64,000 nt of DNA from Candidatus Saccharimonadota bacterium (GCA_029260855.1 JAJDCK010000001.1:1705-65704); one strand, 5' to 3'; positions 29,993-39,637 are shown, numbered from the stretch's first letter. The notes: a model not told the origin generated them from the letters alone. A program made the numbers and translations.

Positions 29993-30256
29993 TTATTTTC
30001 GCTTAGTTTTTGTGGAAAGTCTGTCTAATAATGATGATTGGAGCAGGTTCCAGACAATTGAATTTACAAAAAAAGCTGCAATAGCAATTAGCGCTATAAG
30101 TACTATGTTGTGGCCCAACTCACCATTGAATAGACTGATAATTCCTGCGAGCATTACGACTATCACAGTCAACGCCAGATAGGCATGCTGCAGCTTTTGC
30201 CGTTCACTCTTTTGCGCATTCCAACTATTTAGCGAATCTTTTAGAACCTCAAACAT
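29993..30256 (-). CDS. Small two-TM membrane protein
   Basis: Two hydrophobic helices; AGGAG RBS. Confidence 0.7.
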   Translation of the reverse strand: MFEVLKDSLNSWNAQKSERQKLQHAYLALTVIVVMLAGIISLFNGELGHNIVLIALIAIAAFFVNSIVWNLLQSSLLDRLSTKTKRK

Positions 30257-30502
30257 CCATATCTCCTATAATTAGATATATTATACTACCATTATATTTT
30301 TATGTCAATTTTATATTATTCCTATGTAGTTAGTCAGTTAAAAAAGTTATATATTGAAAAAAGTGCCCTATACGCGTCTCTTTTGGTTTCAGTTTGGTGC
30401 GGAGCTACAGAATTTACTTAAACTTTTTGGAGCGCTGGTTGACGGTAGTCTATCAAGCGCACCGCGCATTCCTGTTTCGCTCAAAAGCAGGGAGCTTGTT
30501 AT

Positions 30503-31459
30503 CTATTGAGCCTTACGCAAGCCCTCACGCCCCAGGCTGAGCCAATAATCAGTCTCTTCTGTGTCATTACCGTTTATATACTTCTCTTGGTGTGCGCCCA
30601 TAAATTCCATAGCTACGCCAGCAAGTGCGTATGCAGGTAGATACTTGCGCTCCTGGTCGGTCAGTGGGCAAAACTCACCATACTCATCTGCTACCAGCTC
30701 GCATTTCCGCTCTAGTGTCTCTGTACCGTTATCGTGAAGTAAGTTGGCAACAATTACCGCCAGCTCCTGTATGCGCGGGTAGTGATTGGCAACTGAAAAA
30801 TCTAGGATATATATCTTGCCGTCTTCGCCTTTAATAACATTCGCTTTAGTGAAGTCACCGTGTACAAAACAGTGTGGCAGGTCGTCTGTAGGGATAGCAT
30901 CATAGCCTGCAATCGCTTGCTCAACTAATGGTAAGTCTTCTGGCGCAATATACTGCTCTACCTTTTCAAGCATCGCGTGAATGTTTGGAATAGCCCAGCT
31001 ATCAAATAAATAGGGTGGTTCATAATCAATACTGTTTACCATAGCTGCTTGTTCCAGTACGTCTTTACGCTCTTCGTCTGATGGGGAGCGGTCTAGCTCC
31101 AAGAAACTCTTACCTTCAACAAATCGCATTAAAACGAGCGTAACGCCACTATCGCTATATGTCGTTTCGCCAGTATCAGTTGTTAATAGTTCTGGGTGAT
31201 GTACCCCAGCCTGTACGACCTTTTCCATTGTGGTGGCATAGCGAGTAATGTCTTCTGGTGTTCGTGTCTTAGCAAACATTTTGGCGACAAACTTTGCTTG
31301 GTCGGTTTCTATAATGACATTGCAATCTTCATAACCGACTTCAACGATACTACTCGCACTCAACTGACCAACGCCATAAGTTTCACAGACACGCTCAATG
31401 ACTGGCGTAAGGTCGCCTGTGTAATTTAGCCGGTCCGCTGGTGTTTGAAGTTCAGACAT
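30503..31459 (-). CDS. APH/homoserine-kinase-type-II family phosphotransferase
   Basis: FVAK, VHGDFTKANV, ILDF motifs. Confidence 0.85.
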   Translation of the reverse strand: MSELQTPADRLNYTGDLTPVIERVCETYGVGQLSASSIVEVGYEDCNVIIETDQAKFVAKMFAKTRTPEDITRYATTMEKVVQAGVHHPELLTTDTGETTYSDSGVTLVLMRFVEGKSFLELDRSPSDEERKDVLEQAAMVNSIDYEPPYLFDSWAIPNIHAMLEKVEQYIAPEDLPLVEQAIAGYDAIPTDDLPHCFVHGDFTKANVIKGEDGKIYILDFSVANHYPRIQELAVIVANLLHDNGTETLERKCELVADEYGEFCPLTDQERKYLPAYALAGVAMEFMGAHQEKYINGNDTEETDYWLSLGREGLRKAQ

Positions 31460-32285
31460 CAGCCAATAATTCCAAGTCTTGCGCGGATAACTCAATTGCA
31501 GTTGCCGCAATATTTTCGTCAATGTGCTGCTTATTTATAGCTTTAGGGATAGGCAATGTACCCTGTGTAAGCAACCACGCTAAAGCGACCTGAGCTGCTG
31601 TAGCATTGTGAGCCTTTGCAATATCTTGTATGACTTCACTATCTAGCACTTCCTGCCTCTTAACAGGTTGATAGGCAACTATATGGATATTATTTTCTCG
31701 GCAGTAATCCCAAAACTCTTGATTAACTTCATCTTTATAAAGCACATTGTAGTTCATTTGATTTGCCACAATCGGATGCTTTGCAATTTTGCGTGTTTGC
31801 TCCATATCGGCAACCGTGAAGTTACTAACTCCAAAATCGCGGACTATTCCTTCGTCAATCAATTCGTCTATTTGCGGAATAGCTTCCTGCCAGTTCACCT
31901 CATCCCAAGGTGCGTGAATGTACAGCATATCTAGATAGTCAGTACCCAGCTTTTTGAGCATCTGTTCAACCGTTGCACGGACTAAGCCATCGCCAACGCT
32001 TGTTTTCCATAGCTTATCAGCAATATATAAATCTTCACGCTTTAAGCCAGCGATTGCTTGACCGACAACCTCATCGGTATGAAATGCCCCGTACAGCTCA
32101 GCACAATCAATATGGTTCTGACCTTTGGAAATTGAATAGCGTATAGCCTCAGTCTCGGCTGCTTCATTATCGTAATTAGGCTCAGCTCCTTTGTACTTAG
32201 CACCTGGGTCAGCAGTGAATGTGCCGCCAATGTTCCAAGTACCGATGCCGATTGGAAAAAGTGTTTTGCCTGATTTTGTTTTCAT
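31452..32285 (-). CDS. Aldo/keto reductase
   Basis: GIGTW, IDCAELYG, DMLYIHAP, GVSNF, PIPKA. Confidence 0.92.
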   Translation of the reverse strand: MKTKSGKTLFPIGIGTWNIGGTFTADPGAKYKGAEPNYDNEAAETEAIRYSISKGQNHIDCAELYGAFHTDEVVGQAIAGLKREDLYIADKLWKTSVGDGLVRATVEQMLKKLGTDYLDMLYIHAPWDEVNWQEAIPQIDELIDEGIVRDFGVSNFTVADMEQTRKIAKHPIVANQMNYNVLYKDEVNQEFWDYCRENNIHIVAYQPVKRQEVLDSEVIQDIAKAHNATAAQVALAWLLTQGTLPIPKAINKQHIDENIAATAIELSAQDLELLADV

Positions 32286-32310
32286 GTATCTCATCATAAC
32301 AAAATATGCC

Positions 32311-34941
32311 TTAAGTTTTTGCTGCTTTAGCTCGCTGCTTAATATCGGCAACCCAGTCCTTTAGGATTTGTAAGTGGTCTTTCAGATTGTCTGGAGTAGG
32401 TGTCTCTGTGCTACCAGCTTCGGCAGCTGGGTCATGCATATACTTTGCGCAGGTATGCATATTATCTGCGATGAGCTGCTTATCGGCATCGTCAATGAAA
32501 ATATCGTTAATGTTTCCCGGTTTCACATCTCTGCGATAGCGGATTACAATCCCGTTCAATAAAACTTCCTCTATCGCTCTTTCCCAGGTTCTCCTTAAAT
32601 CCTTATAAAAACTTTCTGTCTCGGTCTTGTAGTCTTCCTCATTATTTTCAAACTTGGCTTTAATGGGGTTTACTCGCTTCTCAAGAAAGTCAATTCGCTG
32701 TCCAGTCTTCATAGTGTCAAAGGGTAGGCTTTCACGCACGACACCAGGGCTTGAAACCTTTTCAATTGACCTAGCTGTATACCGTCCGCCAAGGTCGTTC
32801 ATAGCTCTCTCTAGCTCACTTGCGAATAGAACATTATGTGTAAATACAATCACCTGCCGAGTAAGCGCCTCTTGTGCTATGCGTTTTGCTATTCGCTCAA
32901 CATTGTGATGGTCCAATGAAGTTACAGGGTCATCAAAAACAATCGCTGATGTTGATGGGGTTATTGATAATTCTGCAAAAAATCCAGCAAGCGCAACACC
33001 TCTTTGTTCGCCCTCACTCATAATCTTCTCAATGTTGTCGCCCTTAAGGTCACCTGACTTGCCCGAGAGAATAATGGCACTAGAGGGAACGCCTTTTGTA
33101 GTTCTTCCTTTTACTAACTTCGCAGTAATTTTACCTAGGAATATTGCGTCAAGCTCGTCATTAAAAGTTTTGGCAAGTTTATCAATGATTAAACGCTCAC
33201 TTATATCACCAATTTTAGTACTTACTGCAAAAGTTTTGCTTGAATTTATTGCGTCCTGTAATACCTTCTTATCCTGATGAATATTAATATTTTCAAGGAT
33301 TTGTTTTTCGTAAGTGCTTAATGCCTTTTTTGATTTTAGATTCTTCAGCTTATCTAGGTCGGTCTGTAGCTGTCGCCTGAATTCATCGTCATCAAGAGGG
33401 GTCTTTATCTCTTCCCCTAATGCATTTACACATTCACTAAACCTAGTTATTTCTGCCTCAAGTTTTTTCAAGTCAGCGTACTTATCTATCTCATTAGAGC
33501 CATTGAAGATAGCCAGGTAATCTTGGTGCGCGTCTCTCGCCGTCTTAATGCTAGCCGAAAGTTTGGCGATGTCCTTATAGTCATCTCCGCTAAAATTTAC
33601 CAGCAGATTATCGTATGTGTCATCTAGGAGGTTGGCTCTGATAAACCCATCTCTAAGGGATTTGAAGACTGTATCTGCATTAGTAGCCAAGGACTGGCTC
33701 TTGTCATTAACAAAGCTAACAAAGTCACTGAACTTATCTGTGCTAGCCGATGAGATTGGCTGCTGACAAAGTACACACTTTGCCTGCTCGCCCGTGTGCG
33801 GAAAGGTATGCTCAGGATACGCAGACTTAGACGAGAATTCTTGTGCTGCTTCCCATAGGTTTTTCCATAAATCATTGCCCGTCCCGGTAATAAAGTTTTC
33901 ATTTTCAAACTTCTTTTTGCCAGCTTCGTCTGCCAACTTGCGCTTACTAACTGCGTCATCACGGGCGGTTATTATCTTATCTACATTTTCTGGGTCAAGC
34001 GCCTCCTGTAGCGTGTTGAGTTGAGTAAGTAAACCATTAAGCCTGGTGTATAGCTTGGTCCTCTCATCTCTAATTTTTTGTGGAGACTTCGTCTGCCTTA
34101 AGACAGTATCTTTTTCTAAAGCTATGATTTCTTGCTGTTCATCTAAAGTAAGGACCTTTTGAGCCTTAAAATCGTTTAGTGCCGTTTTGCCTGACAAGCC
34201 GCCGATTAATTCATGTGCCTTTGTACCGCTAAACTCCACAAAACTGGTTTCAAGGTTGTTAAGTGTGTCCGTCTTTGCTTGCAGGTCATCTTTCAGCTTT
34301 TGCGCAATAGCTTCAATAGCAATAGAGAGGCTGTCTAGAATATCCATACCAGCGGGCATGAATACCAAATCGTTCTCAGAGATTAAATAGTTGTGTCCGC
34401 TTTTACTATCAAAAACATGGACTGATTTTAACTGGGGGTCAGCTTCGCTACTGTTATCTAGCTGAAAGCTATGACTGCTTCCGTCAACTTCATAAAGGAT
34501 ATTGGCAATGCACTCACGCTCATGCTCACTATGCACATTGCCGCGTAGTTGCTCGCTATGACGACAATTACAACTATTTTTAAGAATTCTAGTGTATCCA
34601 GATTTACCAGAGGCATTATCCCCGTAAATCATGTTCAGCCCCACCTTTTCTAGAGGGAGCGGTGAACCATCGGTAATTGCATTTATATTTTGCGTTGCTT
34701 TAACTTCTGAAATTCTAACCCCGCCAGCAGAAGTTGCTCCGGTGTACTCATACTCCTCTAGCGGACTGCCTACTTTTTCGGCATATGCTTTTGGGTCAGT
34801 AGCTGCTTCAATTGCTTGAGCTGCGTAGAACCTGTATCGTTTATCATCAAGTTCGCCGCCAGAAAGAAGTTCAGCAACCAAAACTTGCTGCCACACGGGC
34901 TGACTTAAAGCCCACTTAACTATCTCGTCAATAATCTCCAT
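32311..34941 (-). CDS. SMC/Rad50-like ABC ATPase with zinc hook (AAA_13/RloC-like architecture)
   Basis: GDNASGKS, coiled coil with CVLCQQ, MSEGE, FDDPVTSLD, FTHN, extra C-terminal domain. Confidence 0.8.
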   Translation of the reverse strand: MEIIDEIVKWALSQPVWQQVLVAELLSGGELDDKRYRFYAAQAIEAATDPKAYAEKVGSPLEEYEYTGATSAGGVRISEVKATQNINAITDGSPLPLEKVGLNMIYGDNASGKSGYTRILKNSCNCRHSEQLRGNVHSEHERECIANILYEVDGSSHSFQLDNSSEADPQLKSVHVFDSKSGHNYLISENDLVFMPAGMDILDSLSIAIEAIAQKLKDDLQAKTDTLNNLETSFVEFSGTKAHELIGGLSGKTALNDFKAQKVLTLDEQQEIIALEKDTVLRQTKSPQKIRDERTKLYTRLNGLLTQLNTLQEALDPENVDKIITARDDAVSKRKLADEAGKKKFENENFITGTGNDLWKNLWEAAQEFSSKSAYPEHTFPHTGEQAKCVLCQQPISSASTDKFSDFVSFVNDKSQSLATNADTVFKSLRDGFIRANLLDDTYDNLLVNFSGDDYKDIAKLSASIKTARDAHQDYLAIFNGSNEIDKYADLKKLEAEITRFSECVNALGEEIKTPLDDDEFRRQLQTDLDKLKNLKSKKALSTYEKQILENINIHQDKKVLQDAINSSKTFAVSTKIGDISERLIIDKLAKTFNDELDAIFLGKITAKLVKGRTTKGVPSSAIILSGKSGDLKGDNIEKIMSEGEQRGVALAGFFAELSITPSTSAIVFDDPVTSLDHHNVERIAKRIAQEALTRQVIVFTHNVLFASELERAMNDLGGRYTARSIEKVSSPGVVRESLPFDTMKTGQRIDFLEKRVNPIKAKFENNEEDYKTETESFYKDLRRTWERAIEEVLLNGIVIRYRRDVKPGNINDIFIDDADKQLIADNMHTCAKYMHDPAAEAGSTETPTPDNLKDHLQILKDWVADIKQRAKAAKT

Positions 34942-35538
34942 TAGAATAAGTTTACATCTGTAAACAGAGTTTGCATATCATTCGTTTTTATTACCAACTA
35001 TTTTAGTACTTTAATACTACTAAATGGGCGGGGGTGGTCTCCCTTCACCCCCGTTAATGACACTCCGCTGTATAAATGCCCAATTTTTGGGGGTAGAATG
35101 ACCAAGCGTTTTTTTGGGAGGAAAAAGGAAGTGCCGAATTTATGGGACTGACTTTGAAAAACACATTTTTTGATACAATAGGGTTACATTAACAATCAAC
35201 CGAATTCATTGTGTAGCCAACGCGGAGACTGGACCGCTTCAAAAAACTTCAGGGGCGTTTACAGCGAATTAACTGTGTAGGAATTACGAGGACGGCTCGG
35301 CATAAAACGGACTTACTAGCGGACTAACTGAGGTTTTTACTTCAAGGGGTCACACGGGATGTCCGTTTTTTTATTACAAAACAACCTAGAGCTGAGTATG
35401 GTGTCGTTGCTCAGCATCCTTTCAAGCTACGCTGAAACAGCAAACCAAGAGAAACCATATCTAGTAAAAGATGGCGTTAAAATCATTTTATAGACATACG
35501 CCTAAAGCTGCTTAAACTCTGTAAAGGATTATATACTT

Positions 35539-37239
35539 ATGGGTATGGCAGAACTTACCAGTACCCAGAAACTACTAGAGCTACTTCAAGCCGGTCTACC
35601 AAAAGCCCCAGGGGATGTGGATACAGGTACTATTAACTACGCCCTGTACGCTAGGAAATCTACTACCAGCGAAGATAGACAAGCCTCATCTATTGAAGAC
35701 CAGGTAACAGAGTGTATGGAAAAGGTTGTTGTACCAAACGACCTAAATATTGTTAAGGTCTATGAAGAGAGCTTCTCGGCAAAGATTGCTGATACGCGCG
35801 ATGAGTTTAAAGCGCTCATTAACGAGATAGAGAACGGTCATATTGATGGTCTCATTGCTTGGCATCCTGACCGTCTAGCGCGCAATATGAAAGAGGCGGG
35901 GGCGATTATTGACCTTGTAGACAGAGGACTAATTAAAGACCTCCGCTTTCCTACCTTCACCTTTGAAAACACTCCCGCCGGTAAAATGCTGCTCGGCATT
36001 ACATTTGTTATGGCTAAGCAGTATTCGGAACACCTTGCGGAAAGCGTTGACCGTGGGAACAAGCGAGCCATAGAGGACGGCGAGTTTATTGGTAAATTCA
36101 AGCACGGCTACACGGTTGATATTAACCGTACATTCCAGCCCGACCCTCGCAACTTCACGAAGGTTAAACATATGTTTACTATGGCTGTTGAGGGCAAGTC
36201 TCAAAAGCAAATCCGCGAGTGGATAAACGAGCAAGGCTACACGGTCCAAAAGCGCCCAGGTGGCGAGTATGAGCCTCACAAATGGGATAAGGACGATGTC
36301 TCAAAGCTCATCCGAGACCCGCACTACGCAGGTGTCCATAAATGGGGCAAGAACTTCACTGACCTTATGGAGGCTTACGATTTTGAGCCAATGATTTCAG
36401 TAGATGACTTCTTAAAGATAAACAAAGTTGATAGTCTCAACTCTGCAAAGATACTTGCCATTAGTAGACCACGAGGCGGCAACATTCGGGCAGACCTACT
36501 GAGGGGCAAGGTTTATTGTGGCGCGTGTAATAAGACACTCACCTCAATGTTGATTGATAAAAGGGATAAAGAAACCAAGGAAATTATTCAGTCACGCTAC
36601 TACTACAAATGCGAGACTGAGGGTTGCGCCGTAGAGGGTAGTTCTGCCCGTGCTGGATTAGTTGTCAGCGCCGCACAGCAGTTCTTTCAGGATTATTTAT
36701 TCATTACCAAGGGCAACTACGCCCACTTCGTTAAAGAGGCTGAAAAAGAGGCAAAGCGTAAGTCCGCAGAGTTTGACAGCATTATTGCTCGGTCAAAAAT
36801 CACTATCGCCAACAAGGAAAAATCATACGAGCGCACTAAAGATCTCATCCTCAAAAACCCTGACCTCAAAGAGCATTATGACCTAGATAAGTACAGCAAA
36901 GAGATTGAGAAAATAAGGAAGGACTTCGTTAAAGCTACGAAACAGCGCGACAACATCAAGAGCGCCATACCAACATTTGAAGAATACCTTAAACTTTTAG
37001 AAACCACCCCTGTTATCCTGGGCAAGATACGGGATATGAAGGTAATGGATGTGCTGCTAAGGATTTTCTTCTCTAATTTCACCATAATTCCAGGCGAAGA
37101 CGGCTTCCGTAAGGGGTCAACAGTGACCATAAAACTAAACGAACCCTGGGAAGGGTTCGTTGTTGCCAATGATTTCGTTCGTGGTGCGGGTAAAGGGACT
37201 CTAACCCTTGGCCTCGTCCTTGGCAAGGACGCGCTCTAA
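35539..37239 (+). CDS. Large serine recombinase/integrase
   Basis: YARKS catalytic motif, DRLARN, recombinase domain, CGAC...YYKC...C zinc ribbon, coiled coil. Confidence 0.92.
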   Translation: MGMAELTSTQKLLELLQAGLPKAPGDVDTGTINYALYARKSTTSEDRQASSIEDQVTECMEKVVVPNDLNIVKVYEESFSAKIADTRDEFKALINEIENGHIDGLIAWHPDRLARNMKEAGAIIDLVDRGLIKDLRFPTFTFENTPAGKMLLGITFVMAKQYSEHLAESVDRGNKRAIEDGEFIGKFKHGYTVDINRTFQPDPRNFTKVKHMFTMAVEGKSQKQIREWINEQGYTVQKRPGGEYEPHKWDKDDVSKLIRDPHYAGVHKWGKNFTDLMEAYDFEPMISVDDFLKINKVDSLNSAKILAISRPRGGNIRADLLRGKVYCGACNKTLTSMLIDKRDKETKEIIQSRYYYKCETEGCAVEGSSARAGLVVSAAQQFFQDYLFITKGNYAHFVKEAEKEAKRKSAEFDSIIARSKITIANKEKSYERTKDLILKNPDLKEHYDLDKYSKEIEKIRKDFVKATKQRDNIKSAIPTFEEYLKLLETTPVILGKIRDMKVMDVLLRIFFSNFTIIPGEDGFRKGSTVTIKLNEPWEGFVVANDFVRGAGKGTLTLGLVLGKDAL

Positions 37240-37258
37240 ACAACTGAGCTACACCCGC
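37182..37258 (-). tRNA. tRNA-Gly(GCC) with U19/A56 variant
   Basis: GCGGGTGTAGCTCAGTTGTTTAGAGC..CTTGCCAAG..GGTTAGAGTCC..CCCGCACCA. Confidence 0.88.
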
Positions 37259-37312
37259 ATGTTTGAACTGACATATTCTGTCAGAGTTCTGTGAGTTTTT
37301 AAAGAGCACGTT

Positions 37313-37533
37313 CTTGGCCTGGCAAGGACGGTCACGCTAGCGCAACCACATTCTGCGGCCCCGACACTGACTTACTTGAAACAAGTTTCAAATCAGTCAG
37401 ATGTCCTTGCAATGAGCCACCAGCTCATCTCACCCGAAGCCTCCTTACTTTAAACAAGTTTAAAATCTGAAAGGCTTCCTTGCGAACTGCCACCGGGCAG
37501 TTCTCACTCTAAACAACTGAGCTACACCCGCAT
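37313..37533 (-). pseudogene. Partial tRNA-Gly duplicate interrupted by a 176-nt structured element
   Basis: 37507-37533 identical to 37234-37260; 37320-37330 identical to 37221-37231. Confidence 0.8.
37331..37506 (-). repeat. Structured element copy 1, with two tandem units (37360-37432, 37433-37506)
   Basis: Ends GTCACG...TTCTCA; units share CCCGA, ACAAGT, CCTTGC, CCACC, CTCA with covarying stems. Confidence 0.8.
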
Positions 37534-37716
37534 CTTTGCGAAGCAAAGTTTGGCGCCCCCTCCCAAACAGCGGACTAAAGTCCTCTTTCGCTCAGTCATG
37601 CTCAGAGTAAACTTTTGCGCGCGACTTCGCTTCACCGACTGGTCGCTACGCGACCTTCCAGTTCGAGCCTGTGCGGCCATATAAATATTACAGTCTGATG
37701 ACTGAAATATTTATAA

Positions 37717-37792
37717 TGGTGGCTCCTCCCAGACTCGAACTGGGGACACAAGGCTCTTCAAGCCTCTGCTCTACCAACTGAGCTAAAGAGCC
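37717..37792 (-). tRNA. tRNA-Phe(GAA)
   Basis: GGCTCTTTAGCTCAGTTGGTAGAGC..TTGAAGA..GTTCGAGT..GAGCCACCA. Confidence 0.95.
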
Positions 37793-37945
37793 ACGTCGGA
37801 ACCGATGGCCAGCTTACACAAAAGCCATTGTTGGCTTTCGTTCCATCTTCTGGTCGATTCCTCCTCACAATTTTCCATACAGTCGCCTAATGGCTCCATG
37901 GTTTGAAAAATTGGCTAGGACAAGGGTTATTCTACTTCAAAGAGG

Positions 37946-38284
37946 CTATTTCTTCAAGAAGTGTTTCTTTTTGAAGCGGCCCTTGTCCCGACTTTCTAGT
38001 TTCGCTATTGAGTTTTCTAGCGCTGCATCCAGATCTATGCCTTCACTGTTAGCAACACAAATAATGCTGTATATAATATCGGCCAGCTCGTCAGCCAGGT
38101 CTTCGTGCTCTTCGTCTGCCTTTTTGGGTTTGTCGCCATATTTGTGATTAAGGATCCGCGAGACCTCACCAACCTCTTCTATGATTCGGGCCAGCTGACT
38201 TAACTGATGCCAATAAGGTTTTTCGTAGGCCTGCAATTCATCGTCAACTTGTTTCTGGTAACCTTTTAAGTTCATATGGCTCAT
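37946..38284 (-). CDS. MazG-like nucleotide pyrophosphohydrolase
   Basis: EEVGEV...LADELAD. Confidence 0.88.
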   Translation of the reverse strand: MSHMNLKGYQKQVDDELQAYEKPYWHQLSQLARIIEEVGEVSRILNHKYGDKPKKADEEHEDLADELADIIYSIICVANSEGIDLDAALENSIAKLESRDKGRFKKKHFLKK

Positions 38285-38285
38285 T

Positions 38286-39029
38286 TTATTGCTTGTTTTG
38301 GCGTAGAACGTCTATGAGCTCCATCGGGAACGCAAAGAATGTCTTCTGGGAGGGTTCCGCAGAAATACGCTCTAAGGTGTTCAACGTACGGAGGTTAATT
38401 GCACCTGGCGTACCACTAAGCAACTTTGCTGCATCCGCCAGCGTCTGGGCCACCATTCGTTCAGCGTCGGCGTTAATAACGTTTGCACGTCGCTCACGCT
38501 CAGCCTCAGCCTGCTTTGCCATAGCCCGTTTCATATCCTGTGGCAGTTCAATGTTTTGAAGTTTGACGTTTTCAACATCTATACCCCATTTGTCGGTCTC
38601 AGCGTCTACAATTTTTTTAATCTGCATGCTGATTTCTTCTCGCTTTCCTAGAAGTTCGTCTAGCTCAACATTACCCACTACGTCGCGAAGCGCAGCTTGT
38701 GCGAACTGTGAAGTAGCATAGGTGTAGTTAGTCGTCTCAAGAACCGCCCTAGCTGGGTCAATTACCCTGAAGTAAACAACCGCGTCTACGCCAATAGTGA
38801 CGTTGTCTTTGGTAATAACTTCTTGCTTAGGCACATCAACCGGCGTGGAGCGTACATCAACTTTTCTTATGATCTGTATAACGGGGATAATGATATTAAA
38901 GCCGGGGCTACGTATACCCGTAAACTTACCCAGAGTCAGGACAATGCCGCGCTCGTATTGATTAATAATACGGATCCCGTTGATCAGTATTATGGTTATA
39001 AAAATTAGTGCGGTAGAGATTATAAACAT
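38286..39029 (-). CDS. SPFH/band-7 (slipin/stomatin-like) protein
   Basis: QEVITKDNV, AMAKQAEAERERRA. Confidence 0.92.
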   Translation of the reverse strand: MFIISTALIFITIILINGIRIINQYERGIVLTLGKFTGIRSPGFNIIIPVIQIIRKVDVRSTPVDVPKQEVITKDNVTIGVDAVVYFRVIDPARAVLETTNYTYATSQFAQAALRDVVGNVELDELLGKREEISMQIKKIVDAETDKWGIDVENVKLQNIELPQDMKRAMAKQAEAERERRANVINADAERMVAQTLADAAKLLSGTPGAINLRTLNTLERISAEPSQKTFFAFPMELIDVLRQNKQ

Positions 39030-39228
39030 AGCACCCTAAGACCTCCGTTATGTTCTTATTGTAGGTTTATTCTGTTAAGTTGCCAAAAGATTTTATTTTT
39101 ATCCATGCCATGTCTTCTTCTACCACTACTCAGCACGCCACGTTCTTTAGTTTTTCATATCAATACCTTGTGGGCTGCCGCCTATAAGTATTGGTAATAA
39201 AAAAGCCTGCTCCTTGCAGGTTATTTAT

Positions 39229-39429
39229 TTGGTGGGTGATGAGGGACAGCAGACTCCGTCCTTTATCCGCTGCGGCATGCTCGGAGCAAACTCCTGCGCG
39301 TGTCCTCACTACAACGACCCCGACCTTTGCCAGCTAAAGCTGTCAAGTCGGAGAACCGCGTCTGATTACATAGCCAATATAAAAACCCCGTGTAATACGG
39401 GGCCTTTATATTGGTGGGTGATGAGGGAC
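39229..39429. repeat. 19-bp direct repeat of the tRNA-Val 3' end enclosing a ~160-bp hairpin-rich segment
   Basis: TTGGTGGGTGATGAGGGAC at 39229-39247 and 39411-39429. Confidence 0.8.
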
Positions 39430-39488
39430 TCGAACCCCCGACCCTCTCGGTGTAAACGAGATGCTCTAGCCAACTGAGCTAATCACCC
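39412..39488 (-). tRNA. tRNA-Val(TAC)
   Basis: GGGTGATTAGCTCAGTTGG..TTTACAC..GTTCGAGTCC..CACCCACCA. Confidence 0.95.
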
Positions 39489-39516
39489 TTGATTGTCAAT
39501 ATAATAGCACATCTTT

Positions 39517-39603
39517 TGGTGCGGATGAGAGGACTTGAACCTCCATGAGCCGAAGCCCACTAGCCCCTGAAGCTAGCGCGTCTACCAATTCCGCCACATC
39601 CGC
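39517..39603 (-). tRNA. tRNA-Leu(CAG)
   Basis: GCGGATGTGGCGGAATTGGTAGACGC..TTCAGGG..GTTCAAGTCC..CCGCACCA. Confidence 0.95.
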
Positions 39604-39637
39604 ATACTGTAATCAATGGTTCAAGATGTAATTATAA

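Larger units (their letters stand above)
30395..37189. mobile_element. Putative integrated island at the tRNA-Gly 3' end carrying a large serine recombinase
   Basis: TGGTGCGG direct repeats at 30395-30402 and 37182-37189 (tRNA CCA end); recombinase abuts the right end; accessory cargo. Confidence 0.65.

Noticed and set aside
37360..37506. Tandem units as a mini CRISPR array
   Set aside because: Conserved parts are short loops and the variable parts base-pair; there is no constant repeat with unique spacers
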